Below are positions 62,061 through 64,000 of a stretch of 64,000 bases of DNA, in pieces. Each line of letters opens with the position of its first letter. Positions within the stretch are counted from its first letter, which is position 1. The notes under the pieces are model-generated. The model worked only from the letters and a program-made list of their open reading frames with translations. It had not been told where the DNA came from and ran no database searches. The stretch spans positions 128,001-192,000 of the forward strand of contig CAWHDR010000005.1 in the NCBI GenBank assembly GCA_963828165.1, given 5' to 3'. The position numbers and the translations under genes are program-made. The stretch comes from an uncultured Chloroflexia bacterium. GTDB taxonomy: Bacteria; Chloroflexota; Limnocylindria; Limnocylindrales; CSP1-4.

Positions 62061-63733
62061 GCCCGCCGGTGCAGCCCCCCGCGCAGCGAGGGGCGGCGAG
62101 CGCGCGAGCCGATGGTATGAACGCGAAGCACAGGCGCCCACGACGGGATGAGCCGGTAGCGCTGCGGCGCGTGCTGGACCGTCGGACGATCGAGGCGTTC
62201 CTGGCGGGGGCCCTTGGAGCCCAGTCCTCGGCAGAGGTCGTCCTGGTCGACACCGACGGCACTCCGTTCGCCGGCGGTGGCAAGTGGCTGACGCCCCGCA
62301 TCTCGCAGGTGCGCCGCGCCCTCGCGGAGGCAACCGACGCCGTGTCCGTGGCCGGGATGTCCGTTCGTCCCCTCCACGCGCATTCTCGACTCGTGGGCGG
62401 GCTCGTCGTCGAGGGTTCTGCGGCCGACGACGTCGTCGACCTGCTCCAGGACGCGCTCGGCATCATCGTGGGTCAGGCGCTCGACGCGCGGGACCTCGGA
62501 CAAGAGACGTTGGACCGGTACCGCGAGATCAACGTCCTGTACCGACTGGGCGAGACCGTCGGTGCGCTGCTCGATGCCGACGAGATCCCCGGTTTGCTGC
62601 TGTACGAGGCCGAACATGCGATCAAGGCCGACGCCACGGCCGTGCTGCTCGAACCGGGCGAGTCGCGGCGGGTGGCCGCCAGTGCGGGAACGGCGCGGTT
62701 GTCCCAGGAGATGATCGAAACATCGTCGCGCCTGATCGATCAGGTCGTTGAGATGGGCCAGCCGAGCATCATGGCGTCACCGGCGATCGCATCGGCGCAC
62801 CTCGGTTCGCTGCTTTGCGTACCCATCCGGGCCCGGGACAGGCCGATCGGGGTCGTCCTGCTCGGCCGGCGCAAGGGGCGGGCCGTGTTCAGCGCCGGCG
62901 AGGAGAAGCTGCTGCTCGCCATCGCCACCGAGGGCGGCGTCGCGTATGATCGCGCGCTCCTCCTCGACGAGCGGGTGCAGCGCGAGCGTCTCGAGGAGGA
63001 GCTCTCGGTCGGCCGTCGCATCCAGCTCAGCCTGCTACCCGCGTCGTCCCCACACCACGCCGGCTGGGAGTTCGCTGCCGTCTACCGCGCAGCCCGGCAG
63101 GTTGGTGGCGACTTCTACGACTTCATCGAGACGCCTGAGGCGCCCGGAACGCTCGGGCTGATCATCGGGGACGTGACGGGTAAGGGGGTGCCGGCCGCCC
63201 TGTTGATGGCGTCCACCCGGGCGATCCTACGGGCGTCTTCCGCCGGGCGACCGCCGCCATCCGTCATTCTCGAACGCACCAACGAACAGCTCCTCCGCGA
63301 CGGCCGCGCCGGCCTGTTCGTGACGGCGTTGTACGGCAGCCTGGACCTCATCACCGGGGATCTCGTGTTCGCCAGCGGCGGTCACGATCCGCCGCTGTGG
63401 ATCCGCGGCGACGCGCGGCAGTCGCGCCTGTTGACCACGCGCGGCACGCTCCTCGGCGCCTTCGGCGCGATCAGACTCGAGGATCGGCACATCCGACTTG
63501 CTCCAGGCGACACGCTCGTCCTCTACACCGACGGCGTCACCGAAGCGCGCGACCGCGTGGGACGACTCTTTGGCGAGCGTCGCCTCAGGGCAAACCTCAC
63601 CGCGAATGCCGCCGGGAGCGCGGAGGAGACCGCCCAGGCGGTGCTCAACGCGGTATCGGACTTCGTCGGCAACATTCCGCCCTCCGACGACCTGACGCTC
63701 GTCGTCGTCAGGCGGCAGGGCGCGCATCCCTGA
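62057..63733 (+). CDS. GAF domain plus SpoIIE/PP2C phosphatase (RsbU-like)
   Basis: IQ.SLLP, VGGDFYD, GDVTGKGVPAAL, LYTDGVTE and DDLT motifs. Confidence 0.94.
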   Translation: MSPPVQPPAQRGAASARADGMNAKHRRPRRDEPVALRRVLDRRTIEAFLAGALGAQSSAEVVLVDTDGTPFAGGGKWLTPRISQVRRALAEATDAVSVAGMSVRPLHAHSRLVGGLVVEGSAADDVVDLLQDALGIIVGQALDARDLGQETLDRYREINVLYRLGETVGALLDADEIPGLLLYEAEHAIKADATAVLLEPGESRRVAASAGTARLSQEMIETSSRLIDQVVEMGQPSIMASPAIASAHLGSLLCVPIRARDRPIGVVLLGRRKGRAVFSAGEEKLLLAIATEGGVAYDRALLLDERVQRERLEEELSVGRRIQLSLLPASSPHHAGWEFAAVYRAARQVGGDFYDFIETPEAPGTLGLIIGDVTGKGVPAALLMASTRAILRASSAGRPPPSVILERTNEQLLRDGRAGLFVTALYGSLDLITGDLVFASGGHDPPLWIRGDARQSRLLTTRGTLLGAFGAIRLEDRHIRLAPGDTLVLYTDGVTEARDRVGRLFGERRLRANLTANAAGSAEETAQAVLNAVSDFVGNIPPSDDLTLVVVRRQGAHP

Positions 63734-64000
63734 CCTTCCGCGACCGGTTTGCGCCCCAACCACGACGCAACCCGCGGACACCCGAGCGCGGCGAAGCGGG
63801 GGTTCGAGTGCGAGCGGCTGGCGCCCGATGCGGCGAGTAGACCTTCGCTCGCCGCTTGGAGGCGCGATACGGGTCCACGTTTCGAGCGGGATTCGGTTAT
63901 GCGCTGAATCGGAGTTATGTGCTCTTGAGTTCGTCGTCGATAGAGCCCATACCTGAGCACATTCTCGATCAGATCCCACTCAGAAAGCACAGCGGATAGA

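Overview
This is a very GC-rich chromosomal core region. The gene content suggests a Chloroflexota bacterium, possibly Limnocylindria/Ellin6529-like; that assignment is inference only. Most genes lie on the minus strand in translationally coupled operons: alaS - FtsA-like actin - Baseplate_J-like bitopic protein - ruvX - mltG - Xaa-Pro peptidase, then efp; iscS-mnmA; SLH-anchored lysyl-oxidase and PQQ-dehydrogenase genes; typA; rel, hisS, aspS; topA-xerC-murJ-fem-fem-murE; comM-dprA; tyrA-NUDIX-nfeD-SPFH-hydrolase-REC/CpaE; trpB2; thpR, ppa, a stand-alone DnaB-C-like ATPase, an M20 peptidase, ftsH and tRNA-Met. A plus-strand signalling cluster (receiver, BMP lipoprotein, histidine kinase, GAF-PP2C) ends the window. 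I see no prophage, IS or CRISPR. Five single-base frameshifts in housekeeping genes look like assembly errors. The best leads are the orphan FtsA-like actin coupled to a Baseplate_J-like membrane protein and mltG, three candidate structured RNAs (about 1076-1222, 11245-11332 and 52132-52281), an 11-bp-period repeat array at the comM-dprA promoter, the SLH-tethered lysyl oxidase pair, the transporter-less BMP/kinase/phosphatase module, pervasive leaderless promoters and several small proteins.
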